Assembly: GCA_051971635.1 (NCBI GenBank) | Contig: JBFPLN010000005.1 | Location: forward strand, 32,001-96,000 | Source of the DNA: Candidatus Atelocyanobacterium thalassae | Lineage (GTDB): Bacteria > Cyanobacteriota > Cyanobacteriia > Cyanobacteriales > Microcystaceae | Length of the DNA stretch: 64,000 nt | Direction: 5' to 3' | Shown here: positions 35,434-47,069 of the stretch, one piece after another | How positions within the stretch are numbered: position 1 is the first letter of the stretch | How the letters are laid out: every line of letters starts with the position of its first letter | Made by a program: the position numbers and the translations under genes | Notes under the pieces: generated by a model | Told to the model about the DNA's origin: nothing | Database searches by the model: none | Seen by the model: the letters and a program-made list of their open reading frames with translations, nothing else

Positions 35434-36573
35434 ATGCAAGTAAATACCATTCCTCCCGTTGATTTAGTTCGTCAATACGAATCTATTAATAAAGAAATCG
35501 ATAATACTATCCTCAAGGTAGTACGCTCTGGTCACTATATTGGTGGTTCTGTTGTAAAAGATTTTGAAGAACAATTAGCTCAATATATAGGTACCTCTCA
35601 ATGCTTAACTTGTAACTCAGGTACTGATGCCCTTTATTTAGCCTTAAAAGCATTGAATATTGGCTTTGATAGTGAAGTGATTACTACTCCTTTTAGCTTT
35701 ATAGCTACTGCAGAAGCAATTAGCTTAGCCGGTGCAAAACCAGTTTTTGCTGATATTGAACGTAATACTTTTAATTTAGATTTAGAAAATATAGAAAAAA
35801 AAATTAATTCTAGAACTAAAGCAATTATTGTGGTTCATCTTTTTGGGCAGCCTGTCAATATGACTCGTTTAATGGAAATTGCAAATAAATATAACTTATA
35901 TGTTATTGAAGATTGTGCTCAAGCTACTGGTGCAAAATGGGATCAGAAAGTTGTTGGTAGTATTGGACATGTGGGCTGTTTTAGTTTCTTCCCTACGAAA
36001 AATCTAGGAGCATGTGGAGATGGTGGAGCAATTACAACAAATGATAATACGATTGCTCAGGCTATCAGAACTATCAAAGAACATGGCTCGATGCAACGTT
36101 ATCATCATGATGTAGTTGGTATTAATAGTCGGTTAGACACTATACAAGCTGCTATCTTACAAGTAAAACTACGCTACTTAGATAAATGGAATGAGCAAAG
36201 GCGTGAAATAGCGTACTACTATAATAAGTTGTTAAGTTCAATTTCAATGATACAACTTCCAAAAGAAATTATGGGAGGATATCATGTCTGGAATCAATAC
36301 ACAGTTTTGGTAACAAATGAAATAAATAGCAAAAAATATAATAGAGACCTTTTAAGGAAAGATTTACAAAATCAAGGAGTTATTTCTATGGTTTATTATC
36401 CTATCCCTATCCATTTGCAAAAAGTTTATGTAAACCTAGGATATCAAGAAATGTCATTTCCAGTTACTGAAAAAGCATCTCATGAGGTACTTTCGTTACC
36501 TATATTTCCTGGTATGTTGCCACAGGAGCAAGAACAAGTTGCTAACGCCATAAAAACTAGTTGTAATATGTAA
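35434..36573 (+). CDS. DegT/DnrJ/EryC1/StrS family aminotransferase
   Basis: NSGTDAL, IEDCAQA, SFFPTKNLGACGDGG and NSRLD motifs. Confidence 0.93.
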   Translation: MQVNTIPPVDLVRQYESINKEIDNTILKVVRSGHYIGGSVVKDFEEQLAQYIGTSQCLTCNSGTDALYLALKALNIGFDSEVITTPFSFIATAEAISLAGAKPVFADIERNTFNLDLENIEKKINSRTKAIIVVHLFGQPVNMTRLMEIANKYNLYVIEDCAQATGAKWDQKVVGSIGHVGCFSFFPTKNLGACGDGGAITTNDNTIAQAIRTIKEHGSMQRYHHDVVGINSRLDTIQAAILQVKLRYLDKWNEQRREIAYYYNKLLSSISMIQLPKEIMGGYHVWNQYTVLVTNEINSKKYNRDLLRKDLQNQGVISMVYYPIPIHLQKVYVNLGYQEMSFPVTEKASHEVLSLPIFPGMLPQEQEQVANAIKTSCNM

Positions 36574-36753
36574 TTAGTTATTATATTTTAATGTCAATTA
36601 TTATTTTACATTAACCAACATTATCTATTTAACATTTGTTACATACTTTTAATATATAAGCTATTTTTAACAGATATTAAAGATCACTAAAATTTACTAT
36701 AAATTAAAGTTATAAAATGAACTTAAAGATATAATTTCTACAACCATAATGAT

Positions 36754-38748
36754 ATGTTAAATCATCATAAAGAAGATACTATAGAATCTATTCTTCAAGA
36801 GCAAAGGGTTATCTCTCCCTCGCCTATTTTTAGTATGAATGCACATATTAAAAGCTTCCAAGATTATGAAAAGATTTATAAAAAATCTATATCAGAATCA
36901 GAAAGTTTTTGGGAAGATCTTGCAGAGAAGGAATTACACTGGTTTCACAAATGGGATAATGTTTTAGAATGGAATCCACCTAATTCTAAATGGTTTGTTA
37001 ATGGAAAGTTAAATATCACTTATAATTGTATTGATCGCCATCTCACTCCTTCAAGACGAAATAAAGCAGCTATTATATGGGAAGGAGAACCTGGTGACTC
37101 GCGAATTTTAACATATGAAAATTTATACGTAGAAGTTTGTCAATTTGCTAATGTACTGAAGCAATTAAAAGTAACGAAAGGTGACTGCGTCGCAATTTAT
37201 ATGCCTATGATACCTGAAGCTATAATTGCTATGCTTGCCTGCGCCCGAATAGGTGCAGTTCATGCAGTTGTTTTTGGAGGTTTTAGCGCCGAAGCTTTAA
37301 GAGGACGTTTAAAAGATTCACAAGCAAAAATTTTGATTACTGCTGATGGTGGTTTTCGTAAAGATAAAATTATTTCTCTAAAATCTCAAGTTGATATAGC
37401 CTTAGAAAATAATTCTTCAAGCGTTGAAAAAGTAATAGTAGTTAAACGTACAAAAGAAAGTATTACTATGAAAAATGGACGTGATTTTTGGTTGCATGAT
37501 TTGCAAAAAAACATGTCTACTGAATGTCCTCCAGAAATTATGGATAGTGAGGATACTTTATTTATTCTTTATACTAGTGGAAGTACTGGAAAGCCTAAAG
37601 GAGTAGTACACACCATTGGTGGATATAGTTTGTATACTCATATAACAACTCAATGGGTCTTCGATCTACAGGATACAGATATTTACTGGTGTACAGCAGA
37701 CATAGGTTGGATAACAGGACATAGCTATAGCGTTTATGGTCCATTATCGAATGGAGCTACGTCTTTAATTTATGAAGGCGTTCCTCGACCCTCGAATCCT
37801 GGTTGCTTTTGGAATATTATAGAAAAATACGGTGTTAATATTTTTTATACTGCACCAACTGCTATTCGTTCTTTTATGAAGATGGGAGATCATATACCTC
37901 AAAAGTTTAATTTATCTTCTTTGCGACTTCTGGGAACTGTAGGTGAGCCGATAAATCCTAAAGTTTGGATGTGGTATTATCGAGTAATAGGTGATGAAAA
38001 ATGTCCTATCGTAGATACATGGTGGCAAACAGAAACAGGTGGAATAATTATAACGTCCTTACCTGGAGCAATACCTAATAAACCAGGTTCAGCTTCTTTC
38101 CCATTTCCTGGCATCATTGCAGATATAGTAGATAAATATGGTAATAGTGTTCCTGATAATACTGGTGGGTTGTTAGTAATTAAAAATCCATGGCCGAGCA
38201 TGTTAAGAACTATCTATGGTGATCATCAACGTTTCGAAGAAAGTTATTGGAATTCTTTATCTGATAAATGTATATATTTTTCAGGAGATAGTGCACGTAG
38301 AGATGCTGACGGTTACTTTTGGATCTTAGGGCGTACTGATGATGTAATGAATATTTCAGGTCACCGCCTGGGTTCTATGGAATTAGAGTCAGCATTGGTT
38401 TCACATCATGCAGTTAATGAAGCAAGTGTAGTTAGTGTACCGCACCAGATTAAAGGAGAAGATATATATGCATTTGTAACACTCAATGATAATTTTAAGG
38501 CTAGTAATGAACTAGCTAATGAACTAAAACAGCATGTTGTTACAGAAATTGGGGCGATTGCTCGTCCTGCAACTATTCAGTTTACACAAGAACTACCTAA
38601 AACACGTTCTGGAAAAATTGTCAGGAGATTTTTAAGACAAATTGCATCAGGACAAAATATTAAAGGAGATAAATCTACAATAGTTAATCCTAATGTTTTG
38701 AATAAACTAGAGGAACAAGCTAAATGGCTATATCATAATAGTATGTAA
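36754..38748 (+). CDS. acs: Acetate--CoA ligase
   Basis: [20 protein letters not shown] and [12 protein letters not shown] motifs. Confidence 0.96.
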   Translation: MLNHHKEDTIESILQEQRVISPSPIFSMNAHIKSFQDYEKIYKKSISESESFWEDLAEKELHWFHKWDNVLEWNPPNSKWFVNGKLNITYNCIDRHLTPSRRNKAAIIWEGEPGDSRILTYENLYVEVCQFANVLKQLKVTKGDCVAIYMPMIPEAIIAMLACARIGAVHAVVFGGFSAEALRGRLKDSQAKILITADGGFRKDKIISLKSQVDIALENNSSSVEKVIVVKRTKESITMKNGRDFWLHDLQKNMSTECPPEIMDSEDTLFILYTSGSTGKPKGVVHTIGGYSLYTHITTQWVFDLQDTDIYWCTADIGWITGHSYSVYGPLSNGATSLIYEGVPRPSNPGCFWNIIEKYGVNIFYTAPTAIRSFMKMGDHIPQKFNLSSLRLLGTVGEPINPKVWMWYYRVIGDEKCPIVDTWWQTETGGIIITSLPGAIPNKPGSASFPFPGIIADIVDKYGNSVPDNTGGLLVIKNPWPSMLRTIYGDHQRFEESYWNSLSDKCIYFSGDSARRDADGYFWILGRTDDVMNISGHRLGSMELESALVSHHAVNEASVVSVPHQIKGEDIYAFVTLNDNFKASNELANELKQHVVTEIGAIARPATIQFTQELPKTRSGKIVRRFLRQIASGQNIKGDKSTIVNPNVLNKLEEQAKWLYHNSM

Positions 38749-38916
38749 CATAAAAGATATTAATTTAAACGTCCAGATCAAACATAAATAGTTGACTATG
38801 GTTTAAAAAATACATTAGTACTTATACTTTGGAAGTTAAATAGAAAAATTTAACTACAAGCTCTAATTTATATCTCAAATATCCCATCTTCTATTAATTA
38901 AAATATTTTTAATATA

Positions 38917-39681
38917 CTATTTACCACTTAATTTAACGATAAAAGCACCACCAAAATATAATCCTAAGACTGCTCCAGCTAATAGAGATTGAGTTAAAGG
39001 ATCTGTAGATGGTGTTAATATAGCTCCTAATATAACTGCGCCTACTATCACTATACGCCATTCGCTTAACATTTTATGAGATGATACTATACCTAAATAA
39101 CCTAGCATTACCTGAATTACAGGAATTTGGAAGGCAATACCAGTACTGAACATTAATAGCAAAATAAATTCAAAATAACGATCAATTGACCAAGCTTGCT
39201 CAACTACATCTGAACCGTAAGTGATAAAAAAGTTTAATGCAGCAGGTATTAAAATCCAATAGGAAAACCCTATACCTGCAAAGAAAAGAACACTAGAAAT
39301 TAGAATAGTTGGACCTAGTAGCCGACGTTCTCTACGAGTTAATCCAGGTAGAATGAATCTTAGAATTTGGTAAATGATGAAAGGGCTAGTAATTAGCAAA
39401 CCACTATAACCAGCAACTTTTATGGAGACAAAGAAAAATTCTCCAGGTGCTAGCTGTAAAAGATCTACTCCTTGCGCAGGAACCTCCAGCCATCTTACCA
39501 AAGGTTTTACTACTATAAAACATAGAAATATGTTAAAACATATTGCTCCCAGAGAATAAAGAATACGCATTCTCAATTCTTCAAGATGATCTAGCAGTGG
39601 CATCTCTACTTCATCTGGTATTTCATTAAGGTATTTATCTTTTTCCAGCTCGTCATAATTTTCACTTAAAGGCTGCTTCAT
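38917..39681 (-). CDS. tatC: Twin-arginine translocase subunit TatC
   Basis: [17 protein letters not shown] and TPSTDP motifs with six hydrophobic segments. Confidence 0.96.
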   Translation of the reverse strand: MKQPLSENYDELEKDKYLNEIPDEVEMPLLDHLEELRMRILYSLGAICFNIFLCFIVVKPLVRWLEVPAQGVDLLQLAPGEFFFVSIKVAGYSGLLITSPFIIYQILRFILPGLTRRERRLLGPTILISSVLFFAGIGFSYWILIPAALNFFITYGSDVVEQAWSIDRYFEFILLLMFSTGIAFQIPVIQVMLGYLGIVSSHKMLSEWRIVIVGAVILGAILTPSTDPLTQSLLAGAVLGLYFGGAFIVKLSGK

Positions 39682-39722
39682 AATATATAAAATACAATTC
39701 CTATTTATCTTATTGTCTAGGA

Positions 39723-39752
39723 TTTATAGTTACTATGTATAGTAACTATAAA
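39723..39752. repeat. Near-perfect AT-rich palindrome upstream of tatC
   Basis: TTTATAGTTACTAT-GT-ATAGTAACTATAAA; could be a terminator of the upstream gene or a protein-binding site. Confidence 0.5.
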
Positions 39753-39890
39753 AAATAACCACAACTAACAATAAACTTTTCTGAAGTTACAAAAATATAA
39801 TTTTATTTTCTAAAAAATATTTATCTTTATAAATAAAATATAGATACAATTTATCAGCTACTCATAAAAATAATGCTTTTATTAATTTTC

Positions 39891-40265
39891 TCAACCATCG
39901 TTTCTATCCGGCAAGTAGATAATTTTTCTCCGTTTAGGTTCTGTAAAATGACTCTGTTCATGCATAACTCGATAAGTCATGTTAGGGGAAAAACTATCTC
40001 CAAACTCTTTTGCTAACTTTGAGACTCGTTGCTTAGTTTCTTGAAGTTCAGCTTGTAATTCCCTAAGATTAGTTTGTTGTAATCTTAAATAATTAACTGA
40101 TCTTATAATACTTAAGATTGCAATGGCTGATAGTAGCCCATTCATTGTTAATTTGGTGATAACTTCTATAGTCATCCATTTGTATTCAAGAAGATAATTA
40201 TTAGTATCTTTCCGTTTATGAATATGCTTTTTAGACATTGATATAGTAAATAAAGCTATGTTCAA
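39891..40265 (-). CDS. Single-TM plus coiled-coil protein (Slr1601-like putative cell division protein)
   Basis: TM segment (NGLLSAIAILSII) followed by the coiled coil LRELQAELQETKQRV; downstream of psaM; start uncertain (ATG at 40238 is an alternative). Confidence 0.6.
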   Translation of the reverse strand: MNIALFTISMSKKHIHKRKDTNNYLLEYKWMTIEVITKLTMNGLLSAIAILSIIRSVNYLRLQQTNLRELQAELQETKQRVSKLAKEFGDSFSPNMTYRVMHEQSHFTEPKRRKIIYLPDRNDG

Positions 40266-40274
40266 TACTTATAT

Positions 40275-40302
40275 AGTTCTCTAACAATAATGTTAGAGAA
40301 CT
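40275..40302 (-). terminator. Hairpin downstream of psaM
   Basis: 12-bp arms AGTTCTCTAACA / TGTTAGAGAACT with a 4-nt loop. Confidence 0.6.
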
Positions 40303-40337
40303 GTAAATATAACTGCTAAAACTAGCAGACATACAGA

Positions 40338-40430
40338 TTATTTGTAAAGTTCCGTAGATAAACGAAATGCTAAAATACCAGGAACTAAAGCAACGGCTAA
40401 GGCGATGAAAATTTGTGCATTAGATAACAT
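40338..40430 (-). CDS. psaM: Photosystem I reaction centre subunit XII PsaM
   Basis: MLSNAQIFIALAVALVPGILAFRLSTELYK with the diagnostic AFRLSTELYK tail; AAGGAG SD 10 nt upstream; below the ORF-track cutoff. Confidence 0.95.
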   Translation of the reverse strand: MLSNAQIFIALAVALVPGILAFRLSTELYK

Positions 40431-40648
40431 AGGCCATAAACTCCTTAAAGCTAATAAATATAACCACTTCTCTACTTTGCTCTATGATAAGGTTTTATGA
40501 AATATATTGTTACAAAGATTTAACTTTATTACTTATCTTTTTAAAAGTAAATTAAATAATATTTTTGATTTACTAGTTGTATATGGTTCTCAACTTTCAG
40601 CTATTTAATTTATAATATAGCAAAATAATAAAGAAGAAAGAAGGTAAC

Positions 40649-41005
40649 ATGATAAGTTTACTAATTATCTGGATCACTACAGCTTTAAGTTTATTGCTAA
40701 TTAGCAAATTACCTATTGGTATTCAGATAGACAGCTTTAATAAGGCTCTAAAAGCTTCCATTATTTTTGGAATTCTTAATACTTTACTGAGACCAATTTT
40801 GGTTTTTTTAACAATCCCTTTGACTATAGTAACACTCGGATCATCCTTACTAATTATAAATGCTATGATTTTTAGTATTACCTCTATATTGGTTGAGGGG
40901 TTCCGCCTACGCTATGGCTTATGGAGTGCTATTTTAGGTTCAATCTTTCTAAGTCTTACTAACAATATTGGACTAAAAATACTTTCGATTACAGGGTGGA
41001 ATTAA
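40649..41005 (+). CDS. YvlD-like membrane protein ('phage holin family')
   Basis: Four hydrophobic segments with GILNTLLRPIL..LTIPLTIVTLG. Confidence 0.8.
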   Translation: MISLLIIWITTALSLLLISKLPIGIQIDSFNKALKASIIFGILNTLLRPILVFLTIPLTIVTLGSSLLIINAMIFSITSILVEGFRLRYGLWSAILGSIFLSLTNNIGLKILSITGWN

Positions 41006-41071
41006 AAGTTCTCATAATATTGGTGAAATCAAACGTTTCAGTTATCATCATTTTCTCTACGATTTATTAAA

Positions 41072-42733
41072 TTAAATTTTTTTAAACAGACGACTATCGG
41101 GAAAGTTACTTACAGCTCTTTGAAGTAAATTAATAGAACGATTATATTCAATGATTGCTTGTAAAAAATCCCCTCGTGCTTTAGATAGGTCTCTTTGAGC
41201 ATCTATCACATCAGTTTGGACTCCTATTCCTGCCTGAAACCTTAGTCTAGCTAGTCTTAGCCCTTCTTCTCTAGTAATAATATTTTTCCTTGTACTTTCT
41301 ATATTCCCTTTATTGGCAATAAGATTATAATAGGCTTCTTCAACTTCAAAGCGAATTTGGCTGCGTAAATCTGCAAATTGGATATTGGCTTGGTCAATTC
41401 TACGTTCAGCAGCTCTAACACCTGCAAAAGCTCTACCACCATCAAACAGTCGCCATCTTAAACGAGTCTCAAAACGATAATTGATTAGCGCTCCTAAGGC
41501 ATCTTCAAATTCATCATTAAAACCATATTGAGCAATAATATCTAGTTTAGGAATAATCTCTGCGATCGCAATGCGTCGATCTTGTTTTCCTATCTCTACT
41601 TGAATGAGTTGTTGTTCTAATTCCGCACGGTTTTTATATGCTTGAGCTATAGTTTCTTCTAACGAGAGTTTCCAATATCCTAGCTCAGATATGTTATCAG
41701 CAGCTGAAAGCTCAATTTTTTGGCCTAAATTTAAAGTTTCTGTGAGTTTTTTTCTTGCTATTCGCTGCTTTGCTACAGTTCTTGCTAGTTGTTCGTTAGC
41801 AGTCGCCAAATCTCCATCTGCCCGTAAAACATCAAATTTAGTGCCTAAGCCAGCCCTTTCTAAAAGTTTTGCATCTCTTAACGTTTGAGTAGCATTTTCA
41901 ACATCTGCCTGAGCAATAGCCACTTCAGCATCAGCATTTTGTAAAAGATAATAATTATCTGTTGCTTCAAAACGAATTTGTTCAGCAATTTGTTCAAGCT
42001 GTAGTTGTCGGCCCCTAATTTCCCGCTCTGCTTTTCTAATACGACCATCTCTCTCACCACCAGTATAAATATCATATCGAAGAGAAACATTAAAGATTCC
42101 TGTTGTCTCTCGAGAACTTGCTGCAACTTGTTTTTTAAAACCTTGACTAAAATCAATAGACTGCCTCTCAAAAAACTTATGATTTAAGCGTGAATCTATA
42201 TCTAAACTAGGATAAAGTTTAGCTTCTTGTTCAGTCAGTCGTGCTTTAAATTCTTCTATAACAACACGAGCATTTTCTATTTCTTGATTATTTTGTAAAG
42301 CGACGGAAATAACTTCTTTTAAGGTAAGAGATCTATTAAGTATTTTCTTTACATTGTTCCTCTTTACAGAAGACATTAAAAAATGATTATCTATATTTAT
42401 ATCTTCAGAAAACAGTTTTATAGAGATAACTTTTAAGTAATTACTATATCCAAAATTTGGCAAGAAATTTATTTGTTCATAATTTATTTTAGGAGATGGT
42501 TTTATTCTTTTTATATCATTACTTTGCTGAACACGAGATTTTATCAATAAATCTTGTTTTCCTTGAGAATTATAGATGTAATTTTGGAATTGTGGTTTTT
42601 GATGAGATTTAAGAAAAGGGCTCATAGTTTCATACTCTTCTTGCATGGGAGATAAAGCTTGTACTATTAATGGAAAATTAAATAGCATTACCATTAAATA
42701 ACTAGCACATGCATAGTAATTTAGAAGAAACAT
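41072..42733 (-). CDS. tolC: TolC family outer membrane efflux protein
   Basis: LKEVISVALQNN, AGLGTKFDVLRA and RLRFQAGIGVQTDVIDAQRDL OEP repeats. Confidence 0.9.
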   Translation of the reverse strand: MFLLNYYACASYLMVMLFNFPLIVQALSPMQEEYETMSPFLKSHQKPQFQNYIYNSQGKQDLLIKSRVQQSNDIKRIKPSPKINYEQINFLPNFGYSNYLKVISIKLFSEDINIDNHFLMSSVKRNNVKKILNRSLTLKEVISVALQNNQEIENARVVIEEFKARLTEQEAKLYPSLDIDSRLNHKFFERQSIDFSQGFKKQVAASSRETTGIFNVSLRYDIYTGGERDGRIRKAEREIRGRQLQLEQIAEQIRFEATDNYYLLQNADAEVAIAQADVENATQTLRDAKLLERAGLGTKFDVLRADGDLATANEQLARTVAKQRIARKKLTETLNLGQKIELSAADNISELGYWKLSLEETIAQAYKNRAELEQQLIQVEIGKQDRRIAIAEIIPKLDIIAQYGFNDEFEDALGALINYRFETRLRWRLFDGGRAFAGVRAAERRIDQANIQFADLRSQIRFEVEEAYYNLIANKGNIESTRKNIITREEGLRLARLRFQAGIGVQTDVIDAQRDLSKARGDFLQAIIEYNRSINLLQRAVSNFPDSRLFKKI

Positions 42734-42970
42734 GATTTTTTACAAAAATTAGATTTAGATAAGTACAATATTAACTAGAAAAATGAAATAGAAATACTTA
42801 TCAAGGTATCATATAGTCTTTAATATATCTCATTCAATTAAAAATAAGTATAGTTATTTAATCTTTACTATTTAATTAAAACTTTCTTTTTTATTTTAAT
42901 AATTTGTTATTAAAAACTTTTATATCGTATCAAATATGATGTGAATATTTTTATTATTTAATAACAGAAA

Positions 42971-42986
42971 GTTCGGGAACCCGTAC
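42971..42986 (+). promoter_or_regulatory. K-box upstream of groESL
   Basis: GTTCGG-GAAC-CCGTAC matches the K-box consensus GTTCGG-NNAN-CCNNAC. Confidence 0.8.
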
Positions 42987-43025
42987 ACAATGAACAGTTG
43001 CCAGACCTCCTAATATTCCGTTAGA

Positions 43026-43052
43026 TTAGCACTCAAGGATTAAGAGTGCTAA
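43026..43052 (+). promoter_or_regulatory. CIRCE element (HrcA operator)
   Basis: Perfect TTAGCACTC-N9-GAGTGCTAA upstream of groES. Confidence 0.95.
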
Positions 43053-43111
43053 CTCTTAAAATTATAAGAAACTCTTGATTTTTTAGATAAATATTAAAGG
43101 AGGATTTATTC

Positions 43112-43423
43112 ATGGCAGCAATCAGTATTAACGTATCTACCGTTAAGCCCCTTGGCGACCGTATTTTTCTTAAGGTCAACCCTGCTGAAGAAAAAACTGC
43201 TGGAGGTATTTTACTTCCAGATAACGCTCAAGAAAAGCCTCAAATTGGTGAAGTTGTTTCTGTAGGACCTGGTAAGCGTAATGACGACGGTAGTCGTTCT
43301 GAATTAGATGTCAAAGTAGGTGATAAAGTTCTTTATTCTAAATATGCCGGAACTGATGTCAAGCTATCTGGAGAAGACTATGTATTACTTTCTGAAAAGG
43401 ATATCCTAGCAGCTGTTGCTTAA
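43112..43423 (+). CDS. groES: Co-chaperonin GroES
   Basis: [18 protein letters not shown] and [10 protein letters not shown] motifs. Confidence 0.99.
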   Translation: MAAISINVSTVKPLGDRIFLKVNPAEEKTAGGILLPDNAQEKPQIGEVVSVGPGKRNDDGSRSELDVKVGDKVLYSKYAGTDVKLSGEDYVLLSEKDILAAVA

Positions 43424-43485
43424 AATACGCATAGCAAATTCTTATTAACTTTATTTATTTTAGGATTGACATAAAAGAGGAATAA

Positions 43486-45114
<1,629 letters not shown>

Positions 45115-45121
45115 TAAAATA

Positions 45122-45204
45122 ACTGCTTCTTAATTAAATAAATAAGGAATGCTCTGTCTTAAAACAAGACAGAGCATTCCTTATTTATTTAATTAAGAAG
45201 CAGT
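45122..45204. repeat. Perfect 39-bp inverted repeat (bidirectional terminator / cruciform) between groEL and kaiC
   Basis: ACTGCTTCTTAATTAAATAAATAAGGAATGCTCTGTCTT, loop AAAAC, then its exact reverse complement. Confidence 0.9.
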
Positions 45205-45218
45205 GTAAAAGTATAATA

Positions 45219-46778
45219 CTATAATCCCGTTTCATCTCTAGTATTAGGAACATTATGAGAAAATTTATCTTTTTCATCATAAGCTGTCCTATTTGGAAAA
45301 CTACTGACTATATTTTCACAGTTACGAGAAGAATCTTGAATAATAGGACCATTATGATCAATGATATATTTTCTTATATTTGTATCATGCCAAGATCCTC
45401 TCATTTTAAAAACATTAATTGATCTAGACATTTTTTCATAAATCTCTACGTATTTAAGTATTAGTATTGTATCTGTAATAGTAGAAATATGATTATCTGT
45501 AATAGAATTACCTTCCATAGATTGATCAGTTGTATTAGTAAAAAATCCTGTAATTTCCTCTTGCTTTACATATCCTGTGATTCCAATCACAAACTGATGA
45601 AAAGCATTTTTTGTAACACCTCTCGCTAAAGCAGACAAAGAGTCAATAGCAATACGAGAAGGCTTGAATCTAGAAATTTCCGATTTAATAATTTGTAAGT
45701 GGTCTTCTAGACCGGCAGATTCAGGATAAGTACATAATAATTTGAGAAGCCCCTGATGTTCCATTTTTTCGAAATCGATCCCGCAAGACATTGCATTACG
45801 AGATAACTGGGCCTTAGATTCTTCATAAGCAAATAGAATTACTTTTTCTCCTTGATGGCATCCTTCTTCTAAAAATTTATTTAATAACAAAGTTTTTCCA
45901 GTTCCTGTAGTACCTGTTACTAAAACAATGGAATCTTTAAAGAATCCTCCTCCGCACATTTCATCAAGAGTTTGCACCCCAGATGAAATGCGTATATTAG
46001 ATGATCTTTGAGTTAACCTCATTGCTCCTAGGGGAAATATGTTAATTCCATCATTAATAATAGTGAATGGGTATTCTCCATTCATATGAGTTGTACCACG
46101 TAACTTAAGAACTTCAATTGTGCGGCGGCGACGCTCTCCTTCCAAAGCATTGCGTACAATAATTACATTATCTGAAACGAATTCTTCAATACCAAACCTA
46201 GCAATCTGACCATACTCTTCTATTCTCTCTGTAGTTAAGATAGAAGTAATTTCCAGTTGTTTTAGCCGAGCTACAAGACGAAAAATTTCTCTTCTTATTA
46301 CAGCAACTGCATTATATTGCTGAAAAACTGCAGTTACAGAATCGATGGAAACAAGTTTTGCTTTGTACTTATGAATAGCATATTGTATTCTTTCAATTAG
46401 TGCTGATAAATCAAAACTTTCAAATATTTCTTGTCCTTCAGGATCTGGAGATGCATCAAGAATAAATAAATAACCATCATCAACTAACTTTTGTAAGTCC
46501 CAACCAAAACTGTATGCATTCTCAATGATATCATTTGGAGATTCTTCAAAAGTAACGAAAAGACCAGGATAGTCAAAATATTTAATTCCGTTATATAAGA
46601 ACTGTATAGCAAGAAGTGTTTTTCCTGTCCCTGATGTTCCACTAACAAGTGTTGTTCTCCCTAAAGGTAACCCTCCATGGGTTATTTCGTCTAAACCATC
46701 TATCATAGTACGAATTTTACGAACACCTTTAAGAGATAATCTTAATGGTATATCTTTTCTCGAAAAAGGCTGGTTCAT
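45219..46778 (-). CDS. kaiC: Circadian clock protein KaiC
   Basis: Two P-loops (GTSGTGKT, GTTGTGKT), FEE/YEE catalytic glutamates, HISTITD phospho-sites, KLRG/KMRG fingers; 519 aa. Confidence 0.97.
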   Translation of the reverse strand: MNQPFSRKDIPLRLSLKGVRKIRTMIDGLDEITHGGLPLGRTTLVSGTSGTGKTLLAIQFLYNGIKYFDYPGLFVTFEESPNDIIENAYSFGWDLQKLVDDGYLFILDASPDPEGQEIFESFDLSALIERIQYAIHKYKAKLVSIDSVTAVFQQYNAVAVIRREIFRLVARLKQLEITSILTTERIEEYGQIARFGIEEFVSDNVIIVRNALEGERRRRTIEVLKLRGTTHMNGEYPFTIINDGINIFPLGAMRLTQRSSNIRISSGVQTLDEMCGGGFFKDSIVLVTGTTGTGKTLLLNKFLEEGCHQGEKVILFAYEESKAQLSRNAMSCGIDFEKMEHQGLLKLLCTYPESAGLEDHLQIIKSEISRFKPSRIAIDSLSALARGVTKNAFHQFVIGITGYVKQEEITGFFTNTTDQSMEGNSITDNHISTITDTILILKYVEIYEKMSRSINVFKMRGSWHDTNIRKYIIDHNGPIIQDSSRNCENIVSSFPNRTAYDEKDKFSHNVPNTRDETGL

Positions 46779-46799
46779 AACTTCTTAATTAATTATCTT

Positions 46800-47060
46800 A
46801 TATTGAAAATTTTAATCGAACAACAGAATAAAGCTTAATTTCAAAACACTTGTTTGTTATAGACAATTTTAAAACCGTAATGACCAATTTGTATCAGCAA
46901 ACAATATAGTACTTTTGATAATAATTTCTTTAAAGAATTAATAATTTTTATATTTAAACTTTTTCATCTTCAATTATTTGTACCTTTTGAAATAATCATC
47001 AAGAGTTTAAATAATAAGTTTATATATTTGGTTACTACACAACCAAAGCTCATTCATAAA
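46800..47060 (-). pseudogene. kaiB: Possible highly eroded kaiB relic
   Basis: Right position and approximate size between the kaiA relic and kaiC; only faint fragments (NIKIINSLK vs ALKVIDVLK; ILLFD vs DLLYD/E). Confidence 0.3.
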
Positions 47061-47069
47061 CTGCAATTT

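Noticed and set aside
40509..40526. HLR1 (RpaB)-like direct repeat upstream of psaM (GTTACAAA-GA-TTTAACTT), and a similar one upstream of acs
   Set aside because: Only one good half-site in an AT-rich context; cannot be supported without alignment or TSS data.
40649..41005. 'Phage holin family' gene as evidence of a prophage
   Set aside because: YvlD-like membrane proteins are common chromosomal genes; no phage, integrase or lysin genes are nearby.
45122..45204. Long inverted repeat as a MITE or CRISPR unit
   Set aside because: Single copy, 5-nt loop with no internal sequence, no target-site duplication, no spacers and no cas genes.
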